The notes under the pieces: model-generated | What the model was told of the DNA's origin: nothing | The model's database searches: none | Seen by the model: only the letters and a program-made list of their open reading frames with translations | Part shown: positions 26,761 through 36,146 of the stretch, piece after piece | How the letters are laid out: each line of letters starts with the position of its first letter | Position numbering within the stretch: the stretch's first letter is position 1 | Program-made: the position numbers and the translations under genes | Origin: a virus | Direction: 5' to 3' (one strand) | DNA: 64,000 nt | Virus record (IMG/VR): IMGVR_UViG_3300009285_003221

Positions 26761-28784
26761 GGCTTTTCGTTTTCATCCCAGTAAACTAACAATTCAAAAA
26801 TAGTTGCAGTTATACCATTGGCTGTTGTAATGGAGGGGTAAATTCCTCTGCCCCGGCAAGTCTTGGTCGAGCTGACTGGGAACCAAACAGAGGTTCGGGT
26901 TCTCGTGGAGCTGGTAGTTGGTAGAGTGTACGTCTGGTATGAACTTCCGTCCTTGAACCACTCCATTGATACATTTCCGTCACTTTGATAATCAATTATC
27001 CATCGGCGGAAGTATTTGTGAGCTTCTGGATTGGAGCCCATTAGTTCTGCTCCCGTCAAAGTGAGCGCGGGGCCAGCTCCAGAGACTCTGGCGGGCTCGT
27101 CGTTGGCTGTGGGGAACTGGTAGGTAGTCCCGCCGTTGTCAGACAGGACGAAGTAGAGCCTTGTCTGGTCGTGATACCAGTGAGCGATGTTGTAGCCGTA
27201 GTCGAATTGCATCCAGTTGGGCGGGCTAGAGAGAACATCAATTACCCAGTTCCCTGTATTCCCAGCGATATAGACCTGACCATTAATATAGGTCATACGA
27301 GCCGGGGTAATTGTTCCTGCCGCCATCACTTCCTTGCCGATGGGAATCGACGGGCTGTCTCCCCCCGGCCACAAAGAGACATAACCAAAGACATCGAAGT
27401 AGACGATGCCGACCGGCGTGGCGACGGCATAAGGAGAGATCGCCCCAGCAGTATTGGGGACATCGATCCGAGTTAGGTTTAACTCTTCATCTCCGACCAA
27501 TCTTGACAGCCCCTGAGTTGTGAGATAGACCATCTCGCCGTTGAAGGGGATGGCGTTTCTGACTAGACCATTGAATTTTTGATAGTATTCAGTAGGATTA
27601 AACAGGGTATAGTTCCCTTGCTTACTCCAGCTCCCCGTGTTTCGCCAGCCGGTAAAGAGCATCCCGTGATGGGGACCGGCGATAAATTCAAAGTCCTGCG
27701 TCTCGGCCCGGCTGCCGTAGTAAGCGGCGGTAGCTAAAGTCGCGGGGGCAATGTTATCAGCGTAGGTCGATGCGGCGAATGTTGCCACATAGCGCCACTT
27801 ACGGCTAGCCGTATCCTCATCCAATCTGTACAGAAAGTACGAAATGGCCGACTGGTAGTTTGAAATAGTCAGAGTCACAGTATCCGTAGCAGCGACGAAA
27901 CCGACCGTATCGCTGATTGCCCACTGTTCATAAGGGGCGGTAGTCGTATCGACCGAGGAGACGATAACATAATGAACTCTTCCATCGACATCTCCTGCGC
28001 CACTGGAGGCTGCTGTAAAGATTGCTGATTGCATAGGCTTGAGTTGAGCATGGGAAGGAACGGTAAACCCATCAGTTAGGATATCATCCCCTAGATCAGC
28101 GTTAGCCAGCTTGTCATCATAGGAGGTGGTTGTGTTGTCCGAGACCTGGGCGACGAACTGATAAGCCACAGTCACACCGTCGTTGATCCGGTAGATATTT
28201 CGAGCTGAGACATGAACTGGGCCGAGCGGCAAATTAGTAATCTGAATCTTCTTGGGGCCGGAAGAGACAGTGACGGTGGAGGTAGCGACTGAAGGGCCAG
28301 ACTCATTACCAAAGCGATCGACATAGGTAAAGACATACTTGTAGGTGCCGTTGGCAACAGAGCCTGTGGCGGCAGTGGCTAAAGTCACATTGTTCGGGGG
28401 CGGGATAAGCGCCAGAGAGTAGAAGTTGCCGTTGTTGGCACTGTGCGCCCCCCGAATGGCAAAGCTATCAGTCGTGGTGCCGGTCTGGGGATTGGTAAAG
28501 TAGACACGAGTTTCAGTCGAGATCACTTCTTCAGAGGCAACAGAAGAGGCAGGGATGCGGAAGTAGGAGGTACCGTTCTTGATCAGGTAGCCGGACTTAT
28601 CGGAGTTGGAGGAGACGGTCGGGGTCTGGATCGTCAAGGAGGCCGTGGCGGAGGCAACTGTGGTAGCGGCGACATGAGCACTCGTGACGCAGTTCTTGAG
28701 GGTCTGAGCAACCGTTAAAGGCAGCTTACTCCGGTTTATGAATGAATTTTGTCCTGAGATTGGACCGTAGACGGCCACTGGCAT
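26757..28784 (-). CDS. large tail structural protein (nozzle/baseplate-like; FN3-like segment)
   Basis: 675 aa. GTYKYVFTYVDRFGNESGPS...VTVSSGPKKIQITNLP looks FN3-like. Call is partly based on its position between the head-completion genes and the fibre. Confidence 0.5.
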   Translation of the reverse strand: MPVAVYGPISGQNSFINRSKLPLTVAQTLKNCVTSAHVAATTVASATASLTIQTPTVSSNSDKSGYLIKNGTSYFRIPASSVASEEVISTETRVYFTNPQTGTTTDSFAIRGAHSANNGNFYSLALIPPPNNVTLATAATGSVANGTYKYVFTYVDRFGNESGPSVATSTVTVSSGPKKIQITNLPLGPVHVSARNIYRINDGVTVAYQFVAQVSDNTTTSYDDKLANADLGDDILTDGFTVPSHAQLKPMQSAIFTAASSGAGDVDGRVHYVIVSSVDTTTAPYEQWAISDTVGFVAATDTVTLTISNYQSAISYFLYRLDEDTASRKWRYVATFAASTYADNIAPATLATAAYYGSRAETQDFEFIAGPHHGMLFTGWRNTGSWSKQGNYTLFNPTEYYQKFNGLVRNAIPFNGEMVYLTTQGLSRLVGDEELNLTRIDVPNTAGAISPYAVATPVGIVYFDVFGYVSLWPGGDSPSIPIGKEVMAAGTITPARMTYINGQVYIAGNTGNWVIDVLSSPPNWMQFDYGYNIAHWYHDQTRLYFVLSDNGGTTYQFPTANDEPARVSGAGPALTLTGAELMGSNPEAHKYFRRWIIDYQSDGNVSMEWFKDGSSYQTYTLPTTSSTRTRTSVWFPVSSTKTCRGRGIYPSITTANGITATIFELLVYWDENEKP

Positions 28785-28814
28785 TTAGATTTACCTCAAG
28801 AAAGATTTCAGATA

Positions 28815-28823
28815 AGTATACCA
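28815..28823 (-). promoter_or_regulatory. extended -10-like element TGGTATACT upstream of the 675-aa gene
   Basis: Minus strand reads CTGGTATACTTATCTGAAATCTTTCTTGAGGTAAATCTAAATG. GAGG lies ~10 nt before the ATG. Confidence 0.35.
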
Positions 28824-29011
28824 GAAGTAGAAGGTCGGGAAGTATTTACAAAACCAATTTATCTTTAAAACAGGGCCGGACTCAGTTTTGAGGGGGCAGT
28901 CCTGGGCATAGCGGTTGCATTTGATTTTACGAGTTGTTAATTCAGAGGCGCAGAGACAGGGGGTCAAGGCTTCAAGGTTTGAGCTGGAGGATAGTCTGAT
29001 TGGCATAGTAA

Positions 29012-30100
29012 CTATCGCGGAAAGGTTCCGTATGGGCCTAAATTTTGAATTCCGGGGCCGCTTCTCCTACTCTGATTAAAGAGTCCTAACTGATCTTTAA
29101 ACCAATTTAAGGCGTTTAAGCTCGCCCCAGCGTTTCCGGGAGGGGCAATTGAAGGCCGTCTCGGGTTAAAGGAGCCGTAGGGGCCTAAATTTTGCGTCTG
29201 CCTTGGATCAATTGGTAATGAGGCAGACCGGATATTAGTTCCCTGTATAACAACTTTGTTTTTGCTGCTTCCTGCATTGTCGGATTCGTAGCCTTCCGTT
29301 CTCTTTTGGCCCCCGGAAGAGTGAGCAGTTGGTCTGTATGTTGCCACCATTGAGGGTTTCCCTACGGGAGGTGGCTGCTTTCGAGCAACAGAGGCTGGAT
29401 CTTTATAAGACTTCTTAGTTATAGTAGTTTCGGCTACGATAGGGGGCATCATAGTTGATCCGTATTGTCCTGCGTTCATCCTATCTGCATTAGCCCCGGG
29501 AAGTGAGGGTTCAGGAATTAGTTGATGTCCTTGACGGGTCATGGAACCGGCTGCCTCAGAGAGGTTAGGCGTGTTTAAAAGACTAAGTAAATACTCAGTA
29601 TCAGGATCGTTTTGCCCCATCTTTTCTCGGATGTCTTGTAGATGAAGCCCTAATTCTACCTTGGGCATTTTTTTATTTTTGTCCACATGCGCCCGGGTCA
29701 TGTTTTGAGAGGCTACCTCATGTAGTTGTTCGGGAGACCAGTCCTTGGCTTCTCCACTTTGAATCAACCGTTGCTTTTCTTGTTCTATTAAAGTTTGAAA
29801 ATACGCGTCCAACCGGCTCTGTGGGATGTTTTCTTGTCCCATTGTCAAGGCCCGCTCAACCTCACTCCCCACAAGAGGGTTATAGGCTCCTGGCTCTCGT
29901 GTATAACTTCCGGTTCCAACAGCATTAGGAGCGGCCAAGGGAGTAGCAGAATAGGCCATACTTCCGTCAGTCGGGCGGATAAGACCAGGATCATCCGGTC
30001 TAGGAGCCATAGACCCGGTAGTTATTTCATCTCCCAGCCATCCGTTCTGTTTGGCCATCGCCAAAAACTTGCTGTAGGCATCTTCAAGATTGGAGGCCAT
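29012..30100 (-). CDS. hypothetical virion protein (362 aa)
   Basis: Co-oriented ORF in the structural module. Gly/Pro/Ser-rich C-terminal half with duplicated QNLGPYG(S/T)F motif. Confidence 0.55.
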   Translation of the reverse strand: MASNLEDAYSKFLAMAKQNGWLGDEITTGSMAPRPDDPGLIRPTDGSMAYSATPLAAPNAVGTGSYTREPGAYNPLVGSEVERALTMGQENIPQSRLDAYFQTLIEQEKQRLIQSGEAKDWSPEQLHEVASQNMTRAHVDKNKKMPKVELGLHLQDIREKMGQNDPDTEYLLSLLNTPNLSEAAGSMTRQGHQLIPEPSLPGANADRMNAGQYGSTMMPPIVAETTITKKSYKDPASVARKQPPPVGKPSMVATYRPTAHSSGGQKRTEGYESDNAGSSKNKVVIQGTNIRSASLPIDPRQTQNLGPYGSFNPRRPSIAPPGNAGASLNALNWFKDQLGLFNQSRRSGPGIQNLGPYGTFPR

Positions 30101-30106
30101 GACTTA

Positions 30107-30481
30107 CTATTTCTCCTTGTTTTCGACTAGAGTATAAAGGCGTTGCATCAGATACATCGCCTCTTCCGATTTCTTGGCGGAAGTTTCTGAGGCCGCCTTG
30201 CTTTCATAAGCAGATTGAGCAATCTGGCTCATTAGCCCGTGCAGATCATCATGTTTGTCGCTGAAAACCTGTAGAGACTTATCTAATTTACCATCCATCA
30301 CAGATTGTCTCTCAGAAATCAGAACGGTAGCATTAGTAATACGTTCCGCTCGCTGCTCATTTCCAACCATCCACCTCTCGGCAAACTTGACGAACGAGAA
30401 CCAGAGCAATAAGAAACCGACGGCTGGAAATCCTAGCTTAGATATCGCGTCTACCAATTCAGGCGATAAAAATTCCCACAT
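30107..30481 (-). CDS. membrane-anchored coiled-coil protein (124 aa)
   Basis: Hydrophobic segment GFPAVGFLLLWFSFV near the N-terminus, followed by a helical region. Confidence 0.5.
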   Translation of the reverse strand: MWEFLSPELVDAISKLGFPAVGFLLLWFSFVKFAERWMVGNEQRAERITNATVLISERQSVMDGKLDKSLQVFSDKHDDLHGLMSQIAQSAYESKAASETSAKKSEEAMYLMQRLYTLVENKEK

Positions 30482-30490
30482 ACTGAGCCT

Positions 30491-31090
30491 CTACAGGTGT
30501 TGGTTACGGATAATAAACTGTTGAGAGCGGTTTTGGCCCCAGCTCATCTGATCCTTGGCAATCGCTACCAGCCGTTCGTACTCCATTCGGTACTTCTTTG
30601 AGTACTCCAAGTAGTTATTTCCGCCCGGAGAATCAATTTCCCGGGCGAAAACCATCGAGATCATCAAGTACATCGGAGCGTCCTCAAAAGCGTAGGGGAT
30701 ATCGACCGTCGAGGCCGAGGCGGTAACTTGAGCCGGAATTGAAGTATACCAGATCTTTAACGTCCCGGAAGAGGTAGGTTGGGGATACAGCCTCAACCCC
30801 ATCGGGCCGGTTGTCTCCTGAGAATACCATTCTGGCGTGCCAGTCTGTGCCTCCCAGTCGAAGTTGGTGTAGGTTCCGTCCTCCGTCTCCAGCTCGGAAA
30901 TCGAGGTGGGCGTGATCGGCACCCCGTCCCAGTAAGCGTTGAGGATCTGATGGACATCCGTCTTATTCAGACCGGCCCCGCTTGCAATGGAAGAAGAGAA
31001 GGTGACTGTTCCATCCCCTGCCGAAGTAATCAATGCTGAAGCTGAACTTCTTGTATCTGTGACATCCCGATGGTACTCATTGATTGCCAT
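30491..31090 (-). CDS. head-tail adaptor/head-completion-like protein (N-terminus possibly longer, see findings)
   Basis: 199 aa from the ATG at 31090. The same frame stays open 37 codons further upstream to TGA at 31204-31202, with adaptor-like sequence ALITRARTFLQDADSAAYRHTDADLLVFLA. Confidence 0.5.
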   Translation of the reverse strand: MAINEYHRDVTDTRSSASALITSAGDGTVTFSSSIASGAGLNKTDVHQILNAYWDGVPITPTSISELETEDGTYTNFDWEAQTGTPEWYSQETTGPMGLRLYPQPTSSGTLKIWYTSIPAQVTASASTVDIPYAFEDAPMYLMISMVFAREIDSPGGNNYLEYSKKYRMEYERLVAIAKDQMSWGQNRSQQFIIRNQHL

Positions 31091-31211
31091 CGCCAGGAAG
31101 ACGAGCAGGTCCGCATCTGTATGACGATAGGCCGCGCTATCAGCGTCCTGGAGAAATGTCCTTGCCCTGGTAATGAGCGCCGCAGCAGTGGTAATTTTAG
31201 ATCAATTTAAC

Positions 31212-31694
31212 CTACTGGTTCCGTTGAAAGAGTTCGGTTAGTTTATTCAGAGTCGGGTTCTTACTGATCTTGGAACCAGTAAATCCTTCCAGCTCTTCAC
31301 TGATCTTTGACTTGGGCGGACGACCAATCTTGGTTTCCGGTTCCGGAAGGGTAATCGAGATCTCGGCCTCGCTGGTCGCTTCCCAGGTAGGTTTAGTTTG
31401 TACCTCTATAGGTACAACCTTAACTTTGGGGGGAGCTTTCGTTGGCACCGGCTCAATAGGAGCCCCGGTCTCTAAGCGTTTCTTGGGTTTTTTATCTAGC
31501 TTTCCGACCGTACGGATATAATTCTCATTCTCAGAACCGGGTTTAATCTCCTGTTTTAGTTTGTACTCCAGGGCGCTTGCGTAGCGGGGTTGATCCCGCT
31601 TGCCATATTTCAACCCGATTTTACCAATGCGTGTCCGGGCCGTCTCCGAGACTTTGCCGAATTTCTGTGTAGAGTTTTGACTGATCTTACCCAT
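31212..31694 (-). CDS. Lys-rich basic hypothetical protein (160 aa)
   Basis: ORF follows the 43-aa ORF stop after 2 nt (TAACTATG). Confidence 0.55.
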   Translation of the reverse strand: MGKISQNSTQKFGKVSETARTRIGKIGLKYGKRDQPRYASALEYKLKQEIKPGSENENYIRTVGKLDKKPKKRLETGAPIEPVPTKAPPKVKVVPIEVQTKPTWEATSEAEISITLPEPETKIGRPPKSKISEELEGFTGSKISKNPTLNKLTELFQRNQ

Positions 31695-31696
31695 AG

Positions 31697-31828
31697 TTAA
31701 TACCCCTTCTTCACAGGCTTCTTAGGGCCTTTGGGCGGCTTCTTAGGGGGAGCCGCTACCGTGTTCATCGGCATCATCATCTCGTTCTGCTTCATCTTTT
31801 TTCCGGGGGAACATTTCTTTCCGGCCAT
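31697..31828 (-). CDS. small Lys/Pro-rich basic protein (43 aa), not in ORF track
   Basis: MAGKKCSPGKKMKQNEMMMPMNTVAAPPKKPPKGPKKPVKKGY. AAGAGGAAAA lies upstream. The ATG overlaps the stop of the 59-aa ORF (TAATG). Confidence 0.45.
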   Translation of the reverse strand: MAGKKCSPGKKMKQNEMMMPMNTVAAPPKKPPKGPKKPVKKGY

Positions 31829-32007
31829 TACTTTGATTTTCCTCTTACCTTATTCAAATTGGGATTTTTAGCTTTAGCCTTTTTCGAGGCATTCCGCGAA
31901 GAGCTTGCCAAGATGGCATTGGCATTTTCCAAGGGTATCCCCTGCTCCTGGCTGATTTTTTGTGCCACAGATTTAAACCCCGGGTGGGATTTTTTCTTCT
32001 TTGCCAA
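31828..32007 (-). CDS. small basic protein (59 aa), not in ORF track
   Basis: TTG start 6 nt after AAGGAGAG. MAKKKKSHPGFKSVAQKISQEQGIPLENANAILASSSRNASKKAKAKNPNLNKVRGKSK. Verified codon by codon. Confidence 0.5.
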   Translation of the reverse strand: MAKKKKSHPGFKSVAQKISQEQGIPLENANAILASSSRNASKKAKAKNPNLNKVRGKSK

Positions 32008-32032
32008 TTGGCTCTCCTTGAGACAAAATAAG

Positions 32033-32082
32033 AGGAGGCGGGGATGTCTTTTCCAGACTCTTCCCCCGCCTCCCCTACGGGT
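32033..32082 (-). terminator. strong intrinsic terminator after the capsid/decoration genes
   Basis: 10-bp GC-rich stem GGAGGCGGGG/CCCCGCCTCC (32043-32052 / 32073-32082). On the minus strand it is followed by TCTTATTTTG. Confidence 0.7.
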
Positions 32083-32095
32083 GGGTGACTATTCC

Positions 32096-32545
32096 CTAAG
32101 TTACGTCACTTACGTCGCTCGTACAAAGAACAATCAAGGTAATCGTTCCGGAAGGGTTGCCCCCCTCGAAGACAATATCGATCGTATCCGCCGAGCTGTA
32201 AGTCTTGGGGAAGAAGGTCGCGGCAGCCGCGCGGGTCGTTCCAGCGGAGCTGGTGTCTTGGGCAGCGATGTAGTAGTCATCGTTATCCCCATCACCAACA
32301 TCTACAGTCGTTGAACCACCCAGGGCATCATAAACAATCCTCACATCAAGAACTGTAACTCCGGCGTCGATCCGAACCATCCGAACAATGTCATTCTGAG
32401 CGACAGCCGTAGTGGTTGCAGCCGTTGAAGTATTGGTCAGGGTATCGGTATCGATTTCCAGCGTTTCAACGATGGAGAAAACTCCCCCCGTCAAGTTCTT
32501 CGCCAGGACATTACTGTAGGCGGCGGCAGTTGCTAAAGTAGCCAT
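32096..32545 (-). CDS. putative capsid decoration/auxiliary head protein (149 aa)
   Basis: Lies immediately downstream of the major capsid gene and before the terminator. Thr/Ala/Asp-rich and beta-rich. Function is inferred from position only. Confidence 0.45.
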   Translation of the reverse strand: MATLATAAAYSNVLAKNLTGGVFSIVETLEIDTDTLTNTSTAATTTAVAQNDIVRMVRIDAGVTVLDVRIVYDALGGSTTVDVGDGDNDDYYIAAQDTSSAGTTRAAAATFFPKTYSSADTIDIVFEGGNPSGTITLIVLCTSDVSDVT

Positions 32546-32560
32546 TTTATTTTACTCCTC

Positions 32561-33685
32561 CTACACTTCAGCCTGGGAATCAAGACAGTAGACGCCAAGG
32601 TCTCTGGCCGTTCCCGCAGGATCGTTAAAGGTTACTTTACGCATCCCCAGAATGGCCGAACCGGCGTAAGCGGTCATATTCCCGTAATCGAAGGTCTCGG
32701 TATCCACCTGGATATTGTCGAAACCACCATTAGAGTCGCCGTAAGCGACCACCGCCGCTTGAGCCCCCAGGATCAGAGCACGGTGAACCGAAGCCATGCC
32801 GGAGTCAATGCCGGTATAATCAGCGGTAGCGATCCGGCGGACGTTGACATTCTCATAGATGGCGAAATCGGTGTAGTCGATCCCGTCGTCAAAGATGTAG
32901 TCCGTGGTGTTGCCGCCCTGGATCTTACCGATGTTGATCTTCTCGAAGAGGTTGCTGGCATTGGTCTGCATCATGTGCGTCCGTTGCCGGGGGCTCAACA
33001 TCAGGATGAACTTGGGGCGAGAACCAAAGCGAACCTTCCGCATCCCAGCGTTGCCGCTGGTGTTCTGGAGTTCCTTGATCAGGACATTAGCCAGATCGAG
33101 GTGGAGAACATCGAAGGTGTCGTTCATGTCGCCGATCGTGCTGGAGAGGCCCGTATCGGTACAGTAGCGCAAGTGATTGGCGTCAGGGGTCGCCAGGGTA
33201 TTCCCGGCGTGGCCGTTCCAACTGGCGGCGAACTTACCTGACGTATCATTCGTTCCCCGAACACCCGAGAGGTACTGGAAAAGCGCCTCGTCGCACCATT
33301 CTGCAAACCAGACCGACAAGAGATCAATCGTATCGGTCGTGTAATCAACATAAGTCCGTTTGGCCGTCATCCGGCTGTGTTTACCAGCCGCATTCCGCAA
33401 CTGGTCGATGACGACACTGGCATTAGAAACGGTGATCGTCTCTTCGTTGCCTTCTAGGGTATTGTCGCCGGTGACGCCTTGACCGGAGAGCTTGAAGCGG
33501 ATTTGGAAGTTAACCGCGTCCCCCTTACCTTTGGCAAGGGCATCGAGCTTCTGGATGGCGTAGTCGGCACTGTTGCCCATGAATTGCTTCGAGGACATCT
33601 TCTTTTCGACTTCGGAGGCCAGCAACTTCTCAAGAAACTTCTTGACCGTTTGGGCCGCACCCGTCGCTACTGTCGTAGTAGCCAT
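32561..33685 (-). CDS. major capsid protein (HK97-fold; resembles N4 gp56-family)
   Basis: 374 aa. Sits after the scaffold gene. LDALAKGKGDAVNFQIRFKLSGQGVTGDNTLEGNEE matches my recollection of the N4-gp56-family N-terminal signature. Confidence 0.8.
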   Translation of the reverse strand: MATTTVATGAAQTVKKFLEKLLASEVEKKMSSKQFMGNSADYAIQKLDALAKGKGDAVNFQIRFKLSGQGVTGDNTLEGNEETITVSNASVVIDQLRNAAGKHSRMTAKRTYVDYTTDTIDLLSVWFAEWCDEALFQYLSGVRGTNDTSGKFAASWNGHAGNTLATPDANHLRYCTDTGLSSTIGDMNDTFDVLHLDLANVLIKELQNTSGNAGMRKVRFGSRPKFILMLSPRQRTHMMQTNASNLFEKINIGKIQGGNTTDYIFDDGIDYTDFAIYENVNVRRIATADYTGIDSGMASVHRALILGAQAAVVAYGDSNGGFDNIQVDTETFDYGNMTAYAGSAILGMRKVTFNDPAGTARDLGVYCLDSQAEV

Positions 33686-33718
33686 TTTTCGTGTTTAAAC
33701 CTCGTTTTAACTAAGAAA

Positions 33719-34732
33719 CTAGGAGGTTAGATCAACCTGTTCCAGTTCCCAGAGTTGTTCAATATACTTTCGTAGGCCATCCCGACTGGTGTTCTGAAGA
33801 ACCTCTTTCGGGACATCTACTGCCGTGTAGGCTTTTTCAACCCCCTGCGTGGCAGAGGGAATAGAGACAATACTTCGACCTTGTGGGGTCACTTGCGGGG
33901 CCGGAACCCCCTTCAGCTTGGCCGCGATCTCGGTCGCCGCCTCGCGCAGCGCCTCCTGTTTCAAGGAGGGCGTCAACTCATTAATCAACTCCTGGCGGAG
34001 CTGGGCTTTCATCGCCTCCAAGTCCATCGGAGGTTGAGGAGCGGCGGCCCGCTGAGCGTCGAGAATCGTCTTACCTAGTTCATAGGCGGTGTAGGCCGGG
34101 TTAGCGGTCGAGAAGACCTCGTACATGTTGATCCGGCCCGGGTTCTCGGCGTCGTAGGCGTTGAAGGCGTTGATCGCGGCATCGAACTCGGACTCGCCGA
34201 TCTGCCGCCGCGTCTCGGCTTGAATGACTTCAAACTTGGCCTGATTAGCCAGGGCAGACGCTTCTTGACCGACCCTTGCCGCTTCTTGTCTGGCGGCTTC
34301 GATCTCGGCATCGCGCCGTTTAAATTCGTACTCGACCCAGCCTAGAAGGTCTTCCTCCTTGTCCGGAACCTGCGGGGTTGCGGGAACGGTAGGGGTTGCG
34401 GGAGGGGGCTGAACCTGGGCCTGCCGTTTGAACTCTTCAAACTCCTGAAGGAGCTGATTATAAGAGTTACGCAGCTTGGCCTTTTCCTGGCGCTCCGCCT
34501 GGAGGGCGACTAAAGAGACCTTGCGAGGATCTTCAACCGTCTCGACAGGGAGTGGCGCTTGGACGGGAGCTGCTGCTTCCGGCGCGGGTTCAGGAAGTGC
34601 TTCAGGAGGAGCTGACGGGGCTTCCTCGGTTTCCGTTTCGTCATCGGACATCAACAACCTTTCCAGAGCTTCAAAGGAATACTCCTCTGAGGTTGACTCT
34701 TGGTCAGTACTTTCCGCAACTTCAATTGACAT
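33719..34732 (-). CDS. scaffolding protein
   Basis: 337 aa. Acidic N-terminus, Ala/Pro/Glu-rich, long coiled-coil-like helices. Directly upstream of the capsid gene. AAGGAGAA SD. Confidence 0.65.
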   Translation of the reverse strand: MSIEVAESTDQESTSEEYSFEALERLLMSDDETETEEAPSAPPEALPEPAPEAAAPVQAPLPVETVEDPRKVSLVALQAERQEKAKLRNSYNQLLQEFEEFKRQAQVQPPPATPTVPATPQVPDKEEDLLGWVEYEFKRRDAEIEAARQEAARVGQEASALANQAKFEVIQAETRRQIGESEFDAAINAFNAYDAENPGRINMYEVFSTANPAYTAYELGKTILDAQRAAAPQPPMDLEAMKAQLRQELINELTPSLKQEALREAATEIAAKLKGVPAPQVTPQGRSIVSIPSATQGVEKAYTAVDVPKEVLQNTSRDGLRKYIEQLWELEQVDLTS

Positions 34733-34955
34733 AGACTGGGGGGTTCTCCTTGTTAACTCAATAAGGAAATGAGAATACTTCCGATTACTCCCGAAGGTGA
34801 GCTGTACTAAGTAACCTGATGCACAGAATCAGAGAACGCTGTGTCGCTTGCGTATCCCGCGCTATATATAAAGACTTTCTACCTTCACTATAAAAGGAGG
34901 GTGCCGCAACTTTTGAATAAAATGAAACGGTGTGGCTTTTCAAACTTAAAAAATA

Positions 34956-34964
34956 TGGTATAAT
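34956..34964 (+). promoter_or_regulatory. extended -10 element TGGTATAAT, 6 nt upstream of the tnpB ATG (leaderless-type arrangement)
   Basis: Sequence AAATATGGTATAATATAGGTATG. Confidence 0.4.
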
Positions 34965-34970
34965 ATAGGT

Positions 34971-36146
34971 ATGACTATAACTGTAGAGTTTAAACTTCGT
35001 GGAAAAATAGCCCAATATCATGCGGTTGATGAGGCTATCAAGACTGCTCAATTCATTCGGAATAAAGCCATCCAATATTGGATGGACCACTGGGGTGCCG
35101 ATAAGTATGACTTGAGTCGTCTGTCTAAGAATTTGGCCGCCGAGTTCTCCTTTGTTAGCGCTCTCAATTCTACAGCTAGAGTAGCGGCATGTGAGAGGGC
35201 TTGGAGAGCAATCTCTAAGTTCTATGCTAATTGTAAAGATAGAAAAATAAGTAAGAACAACAAGCCAGGGTTTAAGCATAATAGTCGTTCGGTCGAGTAT
35301 AAGACTTATGGTTGGAAAATATCGGTTGATTACAGGTATATTACTTTCAGTGATAAAAAGGGGATTGGTACACTCAAGTTGATCGGGACGATCCCGCTCA
35401 ACCAGTACCCCAAAGAGAAAATTAAGCGCGTTCGGATCGTCAAGAGGGCGGGGAGTTACTATGTCCAATTCGTTATCGACATTGATAAGACAGAGGGCGC
35501 TCCCTTTACTGGCTCTATGATTGGTCTGGACGTAGGTTTGAAATCCTTCTATACAGACTCTAATGGTAAGGAAGAACCTAATCCGAAATTCTTCAAAGTC
35601 TCTGAAAAGAAGATTAAGAAGCTTCATCAGAGAGTTTCTAAGAAAAAGAAAGGATCTTCCAATAGAAAGAAAGCTATTCAGAAACTTCAAAGAGGATATT
35701 TGAAGACTCAGAGGCAACGTAAAGACTTTGTTACTAAGCTGGCAAGGTGCGTATACCAATCTCACGATTTGGTCGCTATTGAGAATTTGAATATTAAGAA
35801 TATGGTCAAGAATCATTGCTTGGCTAAGAGTATTTCTGACGCTGGTTGGGGGTTGTTTAGGGAGAAACTTACCCACTACTCTAAAGTATTTGGTAAATCT
35901 CTGATTCTTGTCAACCCTGCTTATACCACTCAGGAATGTTCCAAATGTGGAAACATTGTTAAGAAGAGTCTTTCCCAAAGGACTCATCAATGTTCCTGCG
36001 GGTGTCTCCTGGATCGAGATCATAATTCAGCGATTGTGATTTTGAATCGGGCTATACAGCAAATTAATTTAAAAACTACGGTGGGGCACACCGAAAGTAA
36101 CGCTTGGGGAGAGAACGACCTCTGTTCTAAACCAGTGGTGGTTTAG
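34971..36146 (+). CDS. tnpB: RNA-guided endonuclease TnpB (IS200/IS605 OrfB family)
   Basis: 391 aa. RuvC-I IGLDVGLKSFYTDSNG, RuvC-II LVAIENLNIKNM, zinc finger CSKCGN...HQCSCGC, RuvC-III LLDRDHNSAIVI. The catalytic D/E/D residues all appear present. Confidence 0.9.
   Translation: MTITVEFKLRGKIAQYHAVDEAIKTAQFIRNKAIQYWMDHWGADKYDLSRLSKNLAAEFSFVSALNSTARVAACERAWRAISKFYANCKDRKISKNNKPGFKHNSRSVEYKTYGWKISVDYRYITFSDKKGIGTLKLIGTIPLNQYPKEKIKRVRIVKRAGSYYVQFVIDIDKTEGAPFTGSMIGLDVGLKSFYTDSNGKEEPNPKFFKVSEKKIKKLHQRVSKKKKGSSNRKKAIQKLQRGYLKTQRQRKDFVTKLARCVYQSHDLVAIENLNIKNMVKNHCLAKSISDAGWGLFREKLTHYSKVFGKSLILVNPAYTTQECSKCGNIVKKSLSQRTHQCSCGCLLDRDHNSAIVILNRAIQQINLKTTVGHTESNAWGENDLCSKPVVV

Noticed and set aside
28791-29006. 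71-aa Cys-rich minus-strand ORF
   Set aside because: It overlaps the promoter/SD region of the 675-aa gene and has odd composition and no SD. It is more likely an intergenic regulatory region, and is kept as uncertain.
31859-32314. 151-aa plus-strand ORF
   Set aside because: It runs antisense through the 59-aa gene, the terminator and the 149-aa head gene.
32759-33241. 160-aa plus-strand ORF and other ORFs overlapping the capsid gene
   Set aside because: They are antisense or alternative-frame to the strongly supported major capsid gene.
34785-36023. 412-aa minus-strand ORF
   Set aside because: It is entirely antisense to the well-supported tnpB gene. The sequence is low-complexity and Leu/Ser/Ile-rich with no motif.
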